Source of the DNA: Ptychomitrium polyphyllum
Taxonomy: Eukaryota
NCBI GenBank assembly: GCA_973851085.1
Contig: OZ316775.1
Span: forward strand, 1,426,001 to 1,490,000
DNA: 64,000 nucleotides
Direction of reading: 5' to 3'
A program made the position numbers and the translations under genes. Positions 1-12,200 of the stretch are shown piece after piece (position 1 is the first letter of the stretch; each line of letters begins with the position of its first letter). The notes under the pieces are model-generated. The model saw nothing but the letters and a program-made list of their open reading frames with translations. It made no database searches and was not told the origin of the DNA.

Positions 1-826
1 CATGATGCAAACAATGCGGACAATGATGGTATTTGAGAGGGTGTTTAAGAATTAAGTTTTTAAGATCATTACTCTCTTTCCAGATTTAACAAGGACTTGA
101 CGTTAGAGTGACTGCACACCACTTCATTGTTACTGAGTGGATTACTTGAGTTTTATCCGTCTTATCGATTTTACAAGGATTGTAACAATATCAATGATAA
201 TAAGCGCAGCTGTAACTAGTAAACTACAGATTTACTTTTGGGGGTTTAACTTTGAGTTCACAATTAAGGAAAATAAACTGAAAAATTTATCACATAACGT
301 TGCTACTTTTAATTATTCCTTGAACAATCTTGGTGTTGGTCTCAGTTATCAGCCAATTGGAGACATTGTCATATGAGCAACTACAATCACAAGCAATGGA
401 AAGTGGTTTCTTAAATTTTTGGTGTCTTTGGACTCGAGATAACACAAGCTTCCATCAAATTCAAAATATCAAGGCGACGTAGAATATCTTACTGCATAAA
501 ATAGATTATCTTTGCAAACCTTACCAATATCTTACTAGTATCATGATGCTGTAACTATGATCTGGGAGAAGACTAAGATGTTTGGATTGCATGGAAGTGC
601 GATGTTCCAGCTGAAGCTGTTTCAGTTGTGGCTTTTATAAGTCTCTGCGGTCGATTGAGAATCAATTTATTTGGTTTCGTGACATTAGCAGTAAATTGTG
701 TTTCAATTACTGGTATGGCATTTGTCCAAATTATAGTTATTCCTGTCCTGCAAGTTAACTCTGATGTCACTAGTAATTTCTAAACTCTTGATATCACCAG
801 ATCTCACATGCTGGTCTTGTCTGCAG

Positions 827-3293
827 GATTCCTAAGATGGGGGGCAAGGACCTTGACTTACATGTTCTATATGTTGAAGTGACACAGCGAGGCGGGCTGC
901 AACAGGTGCTTCTCTGCGAGGCCTTTACTCCAGCTATCATTTTCCTAGATTCCGTTTTTCACGTTCTCGGCGACCAGCTTGGTAGATCGATCTTACAAAC
1001 CACAGGTTACATTGAGAGTATCGTTATAATTTCTCTTCTTAATGCTAATGCATTGTTTCTTTATACTGGATATCATCTCTGTAATCATGTTGCCTACAAT
1101 GCAATTTTGAAAAGATATTTCTGCCGTATCATTGTGATTTACCTTTATCATGTCTCTGTCGAAATTATCATTTCTTCTTACGAAAATCTTTCTCCATATT
1201 GTTCATTTGCTATGATTCTTTCAGTGAGCGTTCTGAGGTGACCTCCCCAGATGGAGGGCTCTCCAGGTCAATATTGCTTGTCTCTCTAAAAGCTCGTCGT
1301 CAGATCAATTACATGAGGTTTCGCGAAGAAAAATGTAAGTGGTTTAGGGTATCGTATTCTGATGTATTCCTTTGACATGACTGATCATGATACATGACAA
1401 GTTCCAGGTTATCAAGGACAGGAAGTGGAAGGAGATTACAGGAGCTTTCAACTTCCCCCGCACTACCACAAGTGCCTCGTTCGTCTTGCGCAAATACTAT
1501 ATCACACTACTTCACCATTATGAGCAATTGTATTTTTTTGGATCCAGTGGACGCCTTGTAGCTCTTCCAAGTAAGCACTTGAAGAGTTGATTCCGACAAT
1601 CTGAGATGTTCAATTTCTTCCTCTGTAATGCCGCTGGTTACAGTTCTTTCTCACCAGCACCCTGTACTTGCAGCACCAATACCGGCACCTAGCCCTGGTA
1701 CTGTCAAGCAAATTGAGTACGCTCCTCCTGTGGAAGCACAGACACATGCAGAGAAGCCGGAAGTAATTAACACGGAAGGGAAGAAATTAATTCGAAAAAG
1801 GAAGCTTGCCCCGATGCCAGCTATGGCACAAGGTTCGTGTATTGCCTCATTCCAACGTAGTGTAGACACAAAATGCATACGAAACGTCATATAAGTCGAA
1901 TCATCCTTGGATCTTGTGTGTCTATGGTGCAAGTATACTCGAGGTCTTACTGTCTTCTACTAGGGCTGAAGCATTTGTTAGTAATTCTAGTGTTCATCTT
2001 TACAACTTACCCTTGAAGGTAAGAGCGTTACAGCTCTTCAGGATAGGGTTTTGTGGGTTGGTTCAACCCTTCTTTGAGAATGCTCACGAATAGTTGTCTC
2101 TATGGCCTGGTATTTTCACTGTTGCAAATGAGTAATATAAACATTGTAAACTTTGGACCTCTTTGTTAATCTGTGCGCTTTTCATGTGTGTCTATTTTGC
2201 AGTGAACCCTGTCTCTTCAGTTGGAAATGTTGTGACTGGAGCAATTGAAGGCAAGTTTGAGCACGGGTACTTGGTCACTGTAATGGTGGGTACTGAGAGA
2301 CTAAGGGGTGTTATTTACCACATTCCACCCGGTCCAGCTCGTGGTCCCCAGCACGCTTACGTTCCAAATTTCTCACCGTCACCTGCTCATACTGATGGGA
2401 AACTACTTGAGGGGATCGTGCCAGAGAGAGAAAGAAAACGCAAACAAAGGGAGGAACTCAAGAAGGATCCAAATGCTCCTCGGTCAAGCAGGACAGGATA
2501 TAATTTCTTTTTTGCTGAAGAACGAGCAAAGCTTAAACTGTTGCATCCAGATAAGGAAAGAGAATTGAGCCGTATGATTGGCGACGCTTGGAACAGTCTC
2601 ACGGAGGATCAGAAAATGGTAAACTAAATCCGTCCTCCTTTTCTCATCAGTTCCAATTCTCAGTTGCCTTCCAGTTTATGTTAATCATTATGATTGACTT
2701 TTGACCTTAGCATTTCCATCATCTAACTTCAGATGCGCTGGATTCAAGGTCATCATGATTTCGGGGATTTTGGATATTAGGGTTATTGTATATGTGCTCG
2801 CATTTGATGCGTGTTACTGGTGATGCAGCCATACCAAGAGAGAGGAGCGAAGGACAAGGAGAGGTACGAGAGAGAAATGCGTGAATACAAGCAGTTGAAA
2901 AGCTTCCAGGCAGGACTAGGCAGCGCTACCAGGCTGCAAGAAGTTTACCCTGTAGCTGCCGGAGTGACAACTCCGAATGCTATGGACGGTGATTACCATG
3001 TTGCAACAGTCGAATCCAATTCGAAACCAGCTTCATTGCCAGTAATTCCACATCCATTTTACCTTGGTCCGTCGCCACAGACGCAGCAGCTTGTGAAATC
3101 ATTACAGTCCGCATCTGAGCAGCTCTCCACCCAACAATATCCTCAGCGTTTAGCAAACTCCCTTCAAAGCACCACGGAATCCCTTCAGGCTGCCAACTCT
3201 GAGCAGCACCCGCATCCAGGCCTCGGAAATGTTAGCGCGGAAGTAACACAAGGCTCTTGCAGCCAACCAGTAGCTCATCAGTTCATGGACTAG
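827..3293 (+). CDS. ARID/BRIGHT + HMG-box chromatin protein (plant HMGB9/10/11/15 family); 5' exon(s) lie upstream of the window
   Basis: Phase-consistent GT-AG exons 827-905, 1408-1570, 1674-1832, 2203-2618, 2829-3293. ARID motifs IPKMGGKDLDLHVLYVEVTQRGGLQQVIKDRKWKEI...TSASFVLRKYY; family motif GAIEGKFEHGYLVTV; HMG box KDPNAPRSSRTGYNFFFAEERAKLK...IGDAWNSLT...YQERGAKDKERYEREM. Confidence 0.93.
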
Positions 3294-4229
3294 CGACCGT
3301 AAATAATCCATGTGCTTAAACTTTGATCTTAGACTTCCATGACCTTCATGGTACGAAGACCTGGATGTGCTAAACAATATTATGGAATTGACAGCTGTAC
3401 GAAGAACTTGCGGCACGCGTATCTGAGGAACCCTGGCCGATTTTGTTCCTGGGTGTTCAAAGTTTTGTAGTAGCCTGAATTTTGACGTCTTAGGGTAAGC
3501 ATGCAGCCGTGTTTGTCATCCAAGAATTAATCCAATACAATCTTATCATGGTCTGGATTTTGCCCAAATCGCTGAGTCGCTATGTCCAACTCAGATGTCA
3601 ATCGCATTTTCTTGGCGTCATGCTCCTTTCAAATTGTATTGTAGCTCCTCAACTACTTGCTTACAACAATTCTGTACCATATGCTTGCCAATCGTTGTGA
3701 GAGATCTAATCAGAATATGATAACTTGCTTGAGTAAGGGTTGTTCTGTGCAATAAGGGAACATGTAGGGAGAACATCCTGCCGGCATTAGTTAAAATAAC
3801 AACCGACATTTTGTTCTCCTAAGTCAATCAGCGTAAGTGCCATTAAAAGTTGCACAATCTACCTGCTTGCAGATGTTTTAGGATTCCCTCGTGTGTACTT
3901 CAACACTGTCGACACGTTGCTCTTACCGAGCAGGAATGATCTATACTTGGAAAGAATTAACATTGGACCATAACAAAGCAAGGGTTACAACTCAATATGT
4001 AACACATACAAATTCGGTATATTATCTGTTCAAAAACGTTGTACACGACATTGGTGCAAACGCCAGTATGATATCTGCATGCATGACTCCCAAAGTATAC
4101 ATACAAAAATCTAGAAAACTGAACAGCAAAGACTAAGTGGTGGGTCCTATGATGAAATGCAACAACAGTTTTTCAAATACCTCCCACCCAATCTTTGACC
4201 TCCCTTTGCGAACATTTCTTCGAACCCTC

Positions 4230-4970
4230 AATCCCCATTCTAAACATGACTGTAAGCGAGACTTTTTGATGGATGTGAGGAATCCTCTGATTTCTGAGCG
4301 AGGTGGACGAAATCTTTCCGTGGTCTTCCAAGAGGCTTCTTATTCTGCCAGAGAACCAAACTCCTCTAGACATGGTGGGGGCAGCTTTTGGTCTGTTATC
4401 ATCACTTTCTGTGATGCATTCATGCAGCCTAGATGACCGCAAAGGAACTGAAGGGTGTCTAGCTAGTCAGTATGTCATGCTCAAACTGTACATGTCGGCT
4501 TTCTTCCAATCAATAGGGCTGATCTTTTCCAAATGCTTAAGGTGCCCACTTCGTGACTCCCATCTTCTTTCGAGTGGGATTTGTGAAGTCACGTGCTTTC
4601 ACCTCTGCCAATTCAAAGTCCGTCAATTTCACATCTGCATAGCCCTGGTTATTCGCCCTTTTCTTTTCTCTTTTCTCCTGGTGTAGTGTGAGGAATCTTA
4701 GCCAGTTGGAGTCTTGAGGTTTCGTCGGAATCTTGGACAAGAGAGGATTGGCCTTCTGTGATTTAGAGTTAGGTACGTTGGAGCGGGTTTTCCTGTTTTG
4801 AGTATGTACCATGCAGAAATACCTGAAGCATGGTCGTGCTAGCCCGTCTTCGGATCGTTCACAGGGTTTCTTCATGGTAGTATGTGTCAAGGCATTCGGC
4901 GTCTGATGTATGTTTCGTATTTATTTCGTGCAAAGAGTGTAATCTCTGTCGCCTGGATCTCCAAGTCCAT
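4230..4970 (-). pseudogene. Decayed Ser/Thr protein kinase (Raf/MAPKKK-like catalytic domain remnant)
   Basis: Kinase subdomain remnants appear in correct order across shifting frames: ARPCFRYFCMVH..RKTRSNV (VIa/b), GYADVKLTDFELAEVK (VII, DFG>DFE), MGVTKWAP* (VIII), WKKADMYSLSMTY* (IX), RPK/LPPPCLEEFGSL..SWKTTERFRPPRSEI (X-XI). Stops and frameshifts are present. Confidence 0.75.
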
Positions 4971-6223
4971 GCACTTGAGTTTGACAAGCGTGTGGCACAG
5001 ATTCCCACTTTCGTCTTCTTTTCGTGTCAAAATTCACATCGTACCCCCGAAATCCCAGAAAATCAAGAGAAACAGCCCAACTAAAACTAACGAAGCAATT
5101 GCTTAGGTGAGCAGCACGTGGACCAAATTGAGCCTAACGCAACACCTTCCAGTACTAAGGACCTTGCATTCCTAGCCTTGCAAGAAATCGATTACAATCG
5201 ATTGCACGAACAAAACAACAAACAGAGAACCCAGAGAACCAGACTACTTAACATTCACAAAATCACTCGATTACACACTGCTCACAAATTTCCGAACCAG
5301 CAGTTGCACACACTTCGGAGCCAAGTTTAGCATTACTGAGACGTCTCCCGTAAATGTAGGGCTTAGGATTTAGGGTCTAGAGTTTAGACAACTCCGAGTC
5401 CGCCGTCAGTCCTCAATACAGCTTCACACACGAGCAACCAGTAACGATTTTGTGAACTCATTTCATGCGCTTCCCTGCCTCCGTGCGTGTTTCAGGGATG
5501 TGTACCCAAAACCGACATGCTCTACAACAAGCGTACAGGTCAGGTGAGTGAATGAAGATATAGCACGGACCAGGGATGGATGCCGACCAGGATGTTTATA
5601 CCCTGGTACTGTAGTCTCTCCTCAGCCTGGAGATGAAACCCGGAACGAGGCCAGTATCAGTTCAGCTTCTCGGTGCCGCGCTTCTGTGCGCCTGTGGGGA
5701 CGCAGACTTCGTTGCACCGCTCTGGGCGCTGGATTTCATGACCTGGATCTTGGGCAACCGTTTCATGGTGCACCCATCGCAACCGGTTGCGTCCATATCG
5801 AATTCTGACAAGCCTCGTGGATTCCCGGGCGGGAGAAGCCCTTGGAGGTATGTTTGTAGGTGGCACTGGAATGCCGTCGCTGCTCTGATGTGTCAACCTG
5901 GGTTTATGAAACTACTAGGTTTGGAGTGTTGGTGGAGGTTCTGAATTGGAAGGATTGTCGGATTTTGCATTCGTGGTGTATGGTTTCGTCGGATTGAGGT
6001 GCAGCTTTCGAAGTTTGGGTTTGGTTTCTGAAACATGATGACATGTGGATTTTATGGAGATTCGGTGGGTCTGTGGGGTGTTTTCTGAACTGGGTTGGCG
6101 TTGATGGTGGACAGTTGTTGTTGTTTGCAGATTGAGGTAAAGCATTGAGGCGTGGATTGTGAAGAGTTTGGCAAGGAAGAAGGGTAATGAAATGCGTTTT
6201 AAGGAGAACAGGGTTTTAAGGTT

Positions 6224-6231
6224 TAGGGTTT
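6224..6231 (+). promoter_or_regulatory. Telo-box (TAGGGTTT) in the UTP20 proximal promoter/leader; second copy AAACCCTA at 6395-6402 in intron 1
   Basis: Exact telo-box ~55 nt upstream of the ATG, within a run of telomere-like variants. Telo-boxes are characteristic of plant ribosome-biogenesis genes. Confidence 0.6.
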
Positions 6232-6284
6232 AAGGATTTAGGGTAGAGTTGTGTCCTGGCCGCGTCGCCGTCTCGGTTCTTAAG

Positions 6285-9200
6285 ATGGCGCAGCGCCCGC
6301 TGAAGAGTCTCAACAAGGGGCCCGGTGGGAAGCGCTTTGTGGTAACTATCTTCTCACCTTAAACCCTTGGTGCAATTGGCTGAGCTTTAACCAAAAACCC
6401 TAAATTTTAAATTGCGAGTACAGACTTTGTTGTTCTTTGAATTCTTGAGGGTCTATGAATGATGTGCAACGCAGTTTAAGAATTTCGCAACTCGCGTGGA
6501 GGAGGTAGACGTCGATGTGTTCCGCAGTCTTGCACCAGTGAAGTTTCAGCCTACTGCGGGGTCTTCTTTTTTCCACGAAAATCTTGTACAATGGAGGGTA
6601 AGGTTTGCTTTTATAGTGAACGTTGATGGTGTTTTATTTATTGTGTGATTAGTTCGTTGATGTTATGATCTTTTCACTAGATTTGTTAGTAAATTTTTGG
6701 GAATCTTTGCAGGAATTAAACAGTGCCGCAGATTTCAACGATGTCTATCAGCAGTTGCTGCCGGTGGTGCAGACACTACCACAACTTTTGTTTCACAAGG
6801 AGACTGTGATGGACTGCTTATTGTCTCGCGTTCACATGAATTCTGCCCTTTCGTTGGAACCAATAATGAGGTGAGTAATGTGATTGGCATTATCTGAATG
6901 CTATCTTCGCAGATCGAGTAGTATAACTGGACCAGCTAGGTAGTGCTGAATCTCCTTTCTGAAAGGATAAGAGAGGACAAATGTAAGATGCTATATTCTA
7001 GACTGATTTCTCTATGATTGAATGTGCTTGTTTGTGCAGCTTAACAGCGCTATTGTCTCGCGATTTAAGGGAAGAATTTGTATCGTAAGTATCGTCTGGC
7101 CCTTCTAGCATTTAGGCAGGGTGGAGTTATTGAAAAAGGATGGTGTGAGAGATGCTTATCGCATTGATTTTACTTGTACTCTTTGAAGCCGGAATGTGAT
7201 ATCGATAGTAGCTGAAATAAAATATGTAACATGAATACAAATACCTGCTTCGTGAGTTCTTAGTTGCTCGACTTGGGTGGAGCTCGTGGAGTTACAATAG
7301 TAGTTGGATTTTGCAGTTTCATTCCACGATTTTTAGATGCATGCGTGGGCGTGTTGAAAGAGGGGGCAGATCGTGATCCGGATCTCATTGAGCAGGTACG
7401 TGCTTCTGTATTATCCGATTCTTAAAAGATTTAGAGTCTATCAAAGAAGAGCAGCTTGAAAGGCTTACCTACTAGTGAGGAATTCTATCGTTTTTGTCTT
7501 TAAGGGTGAAGTTAACAGTTCCCGCTGTACTTGCTATTTCACGTTTGAGTGAGATATATTCTTTAACATGGGTGCTGATTGTGAATCTTCAGAATTTGTC
7601 TTTTGTTGCTTTTATACTAAAAAACTCTCGACAGGCTCAGAGTCTCACTTGTAAATCATGTTCTAATGAACCTTTATGTTCAATTTTTAGGCTTGCGAAA
7701 CTGTTTATGTGTTCAGCATATTTATGGGGTGATTTGTTTTATAACAGATTTTCACATCAATTTCTTATGTCATCAAGTATCTGAGCAAGCTCCTCACAAA
7801 CGACATCCCATTTTGTTTGAAGTGAGCACATCCTCTTGGGAATATATTCTTAATTTTGTTTTGATCATATAATGTGCGAAGATATTTCTGGGATCTTCCT
7901 AGGAAACTCAAGATAGTATGTTAAAGTTGCAGTAGATGTGACATTCATTGGATTCTTGAAAGTAGTCTTGCTGATCCTTCTGGCTAAAACTGTGATTACA
8001 TCTATGGTGGTGATAGGGTGACCAGAGGGCTTCGTTATTATCCAAAAGCCTATGTGCAGGAATTTGCAGCAGAGGCCATCTCATTTTTGCTCCGAAATGC
8101 TTCCATGAAACAGCTAATTAAAGGTAATGAACCTTTAAGCAATTCGATTAAGGATTGGTTTGCTGTTTTAAATACAAGTCATTGTAGCCAATCTTTAAAG
8201 AAAAACGTCACATTCTCATCTGCGATTTCGTTGGTGACGAACTATAAAATGTGGATTATTTTAGCTAATTCTGCCGCTTGCTAAGCGTTTTCTCTTTCAC
8301 AACCTGCAGGAGTCCGTAAGATAGTTGCGGAAGCTGAATCGGATCCTGGTGAGGAGAAGATATCCGGATGTGCTGCTCTTTTCTGTTACACGCTGAGAGG
8401 ACCTTCTTCGGGTCTGCATTCTCGTGCGGAGCCGCTCTTGAGACTGTTGCTCGATCGTTCCGTTCTCTCTGGTGTGTCCAAAAAAACTTCAGGTATGCAA
8501 GATTTTACAAACTTGTATTGTATTTTTCTCAAAAGTGGATAAGTAGAAAGATTTTGTGTTCGTGAAGTTCTGATGAGCAAGTTTTGAACTTTCAGCCTTG
8601 GCCACTACATTTTAAAAATTGATTGTGTAAAGATACATCTCATCATATGATAAAATTCCTTTCCTGTGTTCGATTCAGAGGGAAGGTCTATTGCTCTCAA
8701 AGTGGTGACGGAAACTCTAAGCCGGATTATTGAAGACGTGAACCGGGAAAAGCTAGAACTTCTGTGGACCTGCCTTCGTGAAGAAATAGTGCAAGAATTA
8801 GCAAAAATATCTTTACTTAATCAGAGCTCTCAGATTGCTCCTTTGATATCTTCTTCCGATATACTGAATGGGGATGCTGATTATCCTGATGAAGCAACTT
8901 CTAAAGGGGGAAAATTTAGTGTTAATGCTGCTCATGAAACTCCTCATGAGCTGTCAGACAAGCGTATACACTCCAGAGAGGACGTGCAGTTACATCTGGC
9001 TGCGTGTCTTTCCCTGCTTAATGGCGTTCTTGAGTATCGAAAAGGAACCCGTGTTTGTGGTGAGTGCAACCTCTAAGTAATATCGGTTTGATTCTCTATT
9101 TGCTCATACGTGCGTGCATATTGTTTAAAAATCGAAGGTTATAGGTACTTGGAATGTTAATCGTCATATGTGCAAGATCAATCGTCTATTAGCTTTTTAA

Positions 9201-12200
9201 CCTAGAGATTAATAATGGCCAACTACTGGACATTGTTGCATTTTGTTTAATCGCAGACTACAAGCCGCTTTTTGGTATCGCCACAACTTTTTTGCAGCCG
9301 CAGTTCCTTTTAGTGAACAAGGATGCAACCTTAGAATCTGCAAACTCAGCCGAAGCACTCTGCTCCGAGGTTCTGCGACTACTTCTGGCTTTAGTCAAGA
9401 GTCATGGACGACAAGCAGGTGCAAGCTTCGGCCCAGCTACGATAGCCAAGACTGCACCAACGTGGGCTCTGGCATTCACATGTCAGAAGAGTTCTTGGTA
9501 TGCTTTTATATGTTAGCACGTTTTATTGGAGCTGTGAGAACAAAGATTGTCTATTTTAAAATTGAGATGGTTTGTTGTTGGATTTGTCTGTTGTGATTTT
9601 CTAGAATTGCTTGATGGTAGTTTGTACGCTGCACCAATAACTACAAGAAAAAACAGTAATGTGATGGTAGAAGAATATTGTGTAGAAAGAATGCTTTAGT
9701 TTCACTTCAAATTTCTGATTTATACTGTTCGTGGGATGTTCAGTCTTTTGCCCTTCATAAGAGGCATCATTGAGGAGGACTTTGACTTGGTGCGGCCATT
9801 TGTTCCTTGTATATTAAGGTTTGCTATTTCTTGCCTTCTGCCAGTCCATCTCTGCATACTGAATATTTAATCTGTTTTTACACTTTTAGTAACAGGGTTG
9901 TTTAGGATTTCAAGTTTATGCTTGTTCCATTCACTGTGCTCGTGTCTTGTTTTCTTATTCTCTTGTCTGTAGTTTCTGTGCTGCCTTCCCATCTCAGTTC
10001 CTAGAAAGCACCTAACGGAGTCCTGATGTGTAGATTCTGCACGATGTCTTGATGTGATTGTGAAGGGTGCACTTGTTGTTGGCGTGAAAATTAGCGTTTG
10101 TTGTTGAGAACTGCTTAGCATGTGACGCATTTGCGAATTTATGAATCCTTTGCTTCGTTTCTCAGGGCTCTCTGCGGCTTGATAGAAGACAGTACCTCAG
10201 AGGTGCTTCCTTTAGTGCTTGATTTATGCCTAAAGATGGAGCCCTTAGGAAACCATGCGTTCTTGCTGAAGCATGCTTCCGACAGTAAGGAGATCATCGC
10301 CTTTATTATGAATCTCGTTGAAGACTCGACGACTTTGCTAAGGTCTTATTTGTCAAAGGACAAAAAATCAGCCAAGTCAGAGCTTAGTTTGAAGCATGAC
10401 CTTGCTCTGGTGTGGATGGCCTTGCATTGTTTCCCACATGTTGTAGCGTCTGGTGCTGACGACTCAGAACGAGCATGGGAGCTCGCAGTGGCTCTTGACG
10501 ACTATATAGCAGTGTATGACAGAGGTAGCCCCTGGTTGATATCGTGGACTTCTGCCTCGTAGCTAAATTATCAGAAGTTCTGAATCTGCTAGAAATGCCA
10601 AAATATTTGCCTGTTACGAATGAATTTCAAAAATCAGGTTTGACTAGGATGCCGAATTTAGAGGATCGCCGATAGGGTGCAGAGAGGAAAACCTGCTCAC
10701 TGTCATGTTGTGCTCTTGTAGATGAAATGGAAGATTCTATACGAAGTAGTGGGGACATGAAGAAGTTCGAGACTTTACTTGGTGCAGCTTTGTCTGCTCA
10801 CACAAAAGTTTTGCAGACGACACCGACTTCAACAGCTATGAAAGAGTGTGTTGGTACTTTTCTAGGATTTGCAAACCGGCACATACAATCAGAACCCGTC
10901 TTGAAAGCTGTGGCCGATCATTTGGACGCTTCCTTCGGGTAATCACTTGTTGCCTTACCGACTACCTTGGAAGTTGTGTAGGAAGTTTAGTAGAAATTTT
11001 TACCCTTGTGAATGGAGTGATAGGTGATGTATCATGGACATCTCGTACCATGGACATATTATCTAATTAGCATACCTAAGTAATTTTTCTTAGTGCTTTG
11101 AATACTTGCAGAGCTGAAATGAGGTTTGTTTTCTATTTTCTTCGTCATTTACTACTACATATGATGCTGTCAGTCATATCTTGTCAAGTTCGGAATTACA
11201 TGTGAAGGTTTTCCAGATGTACATGATATGGTTGTTAGATATTTTGTTCTAGAACATACCAGATCTTATGCCAAACTTGATTTATATTGGCCTCTGTGTC
11301 AACAGATCCTTACAAGTGGAGGGTCAACCAAGAGAATATCCTGCGGAGCTCAGTGCTCCCGCTGCAGTCAAAGTTTTCGCAATTACAAGTGCGAATCTAG
11401 GCTCTCCCGATAAGACACTTAGATTTGCGACACTGCGAATTTTGAGTCATTTTGAGCCTCTCTTTGACTCTCACAATGATGGTACACAGAACGACCCTAA
11501 ACGACAGAAACGAAGTAACGGTTTGTTAAACGAGAGAGGGATAAACCAGACTACTAAGGTATATTCTACCTTTGATTACTTCCGTTGATTACCAACATTT
11601 GCTCAGATTTTTTCAGTTTCTATTTTAATGTGTACATTGTCAAATTTTTCGCTTTGGTTGCCATGGTAAGGAGCTTCTCGTTTGAGTTGCACTTTAGTAT
11701 TCTTAATCATACTGAGCCTGAAATATACTTGTTTTTAGTTAGTTCCCATGTGATTAGTGTGCGGCAGAATATCTACGAGGCAAACTAGTTCGGTTGGTCT
11801 GACTGTGTTTATTATCTAATCAACCTTGGTTGTCTTTTGCGCAGTTGGTACAGCAGATGCTATCTATTGAAGCCGCCCCCTTGGCTCTTGAAAATTGCCG
11901 ACAAAGTAATCTGATAGTCACTCACATCAAAGTTGATGTTTTTGCTGGGCGAATCCCGGAAGTCTATGTAGTCCCGCTTGTCCATGCAATGATTGGATTG
12001 TTGCGTAATCGATTCTCTGTGCTGTGGGATCCTGCAATGGAATGTCTGGCTGCTTTGGTGGATACGGTGGGTGCTACTTCTTGGGATGTCGTGACTGCGT
12101 ACTTACAGAGTTTTCAGGAAGAATTTTTATCACAACCTGTACTTAAATCGAGCAAGAGAGAGAATGCTGCTAAGGACAGTCTTACTATTCCACAAGGTGA

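Noticed and set aside
5548..5944. GC-rich ORFs on both strands between the kinase relic and UTP20
   Set aside because: No recognisable product; compatible with promoter or leader sequence.
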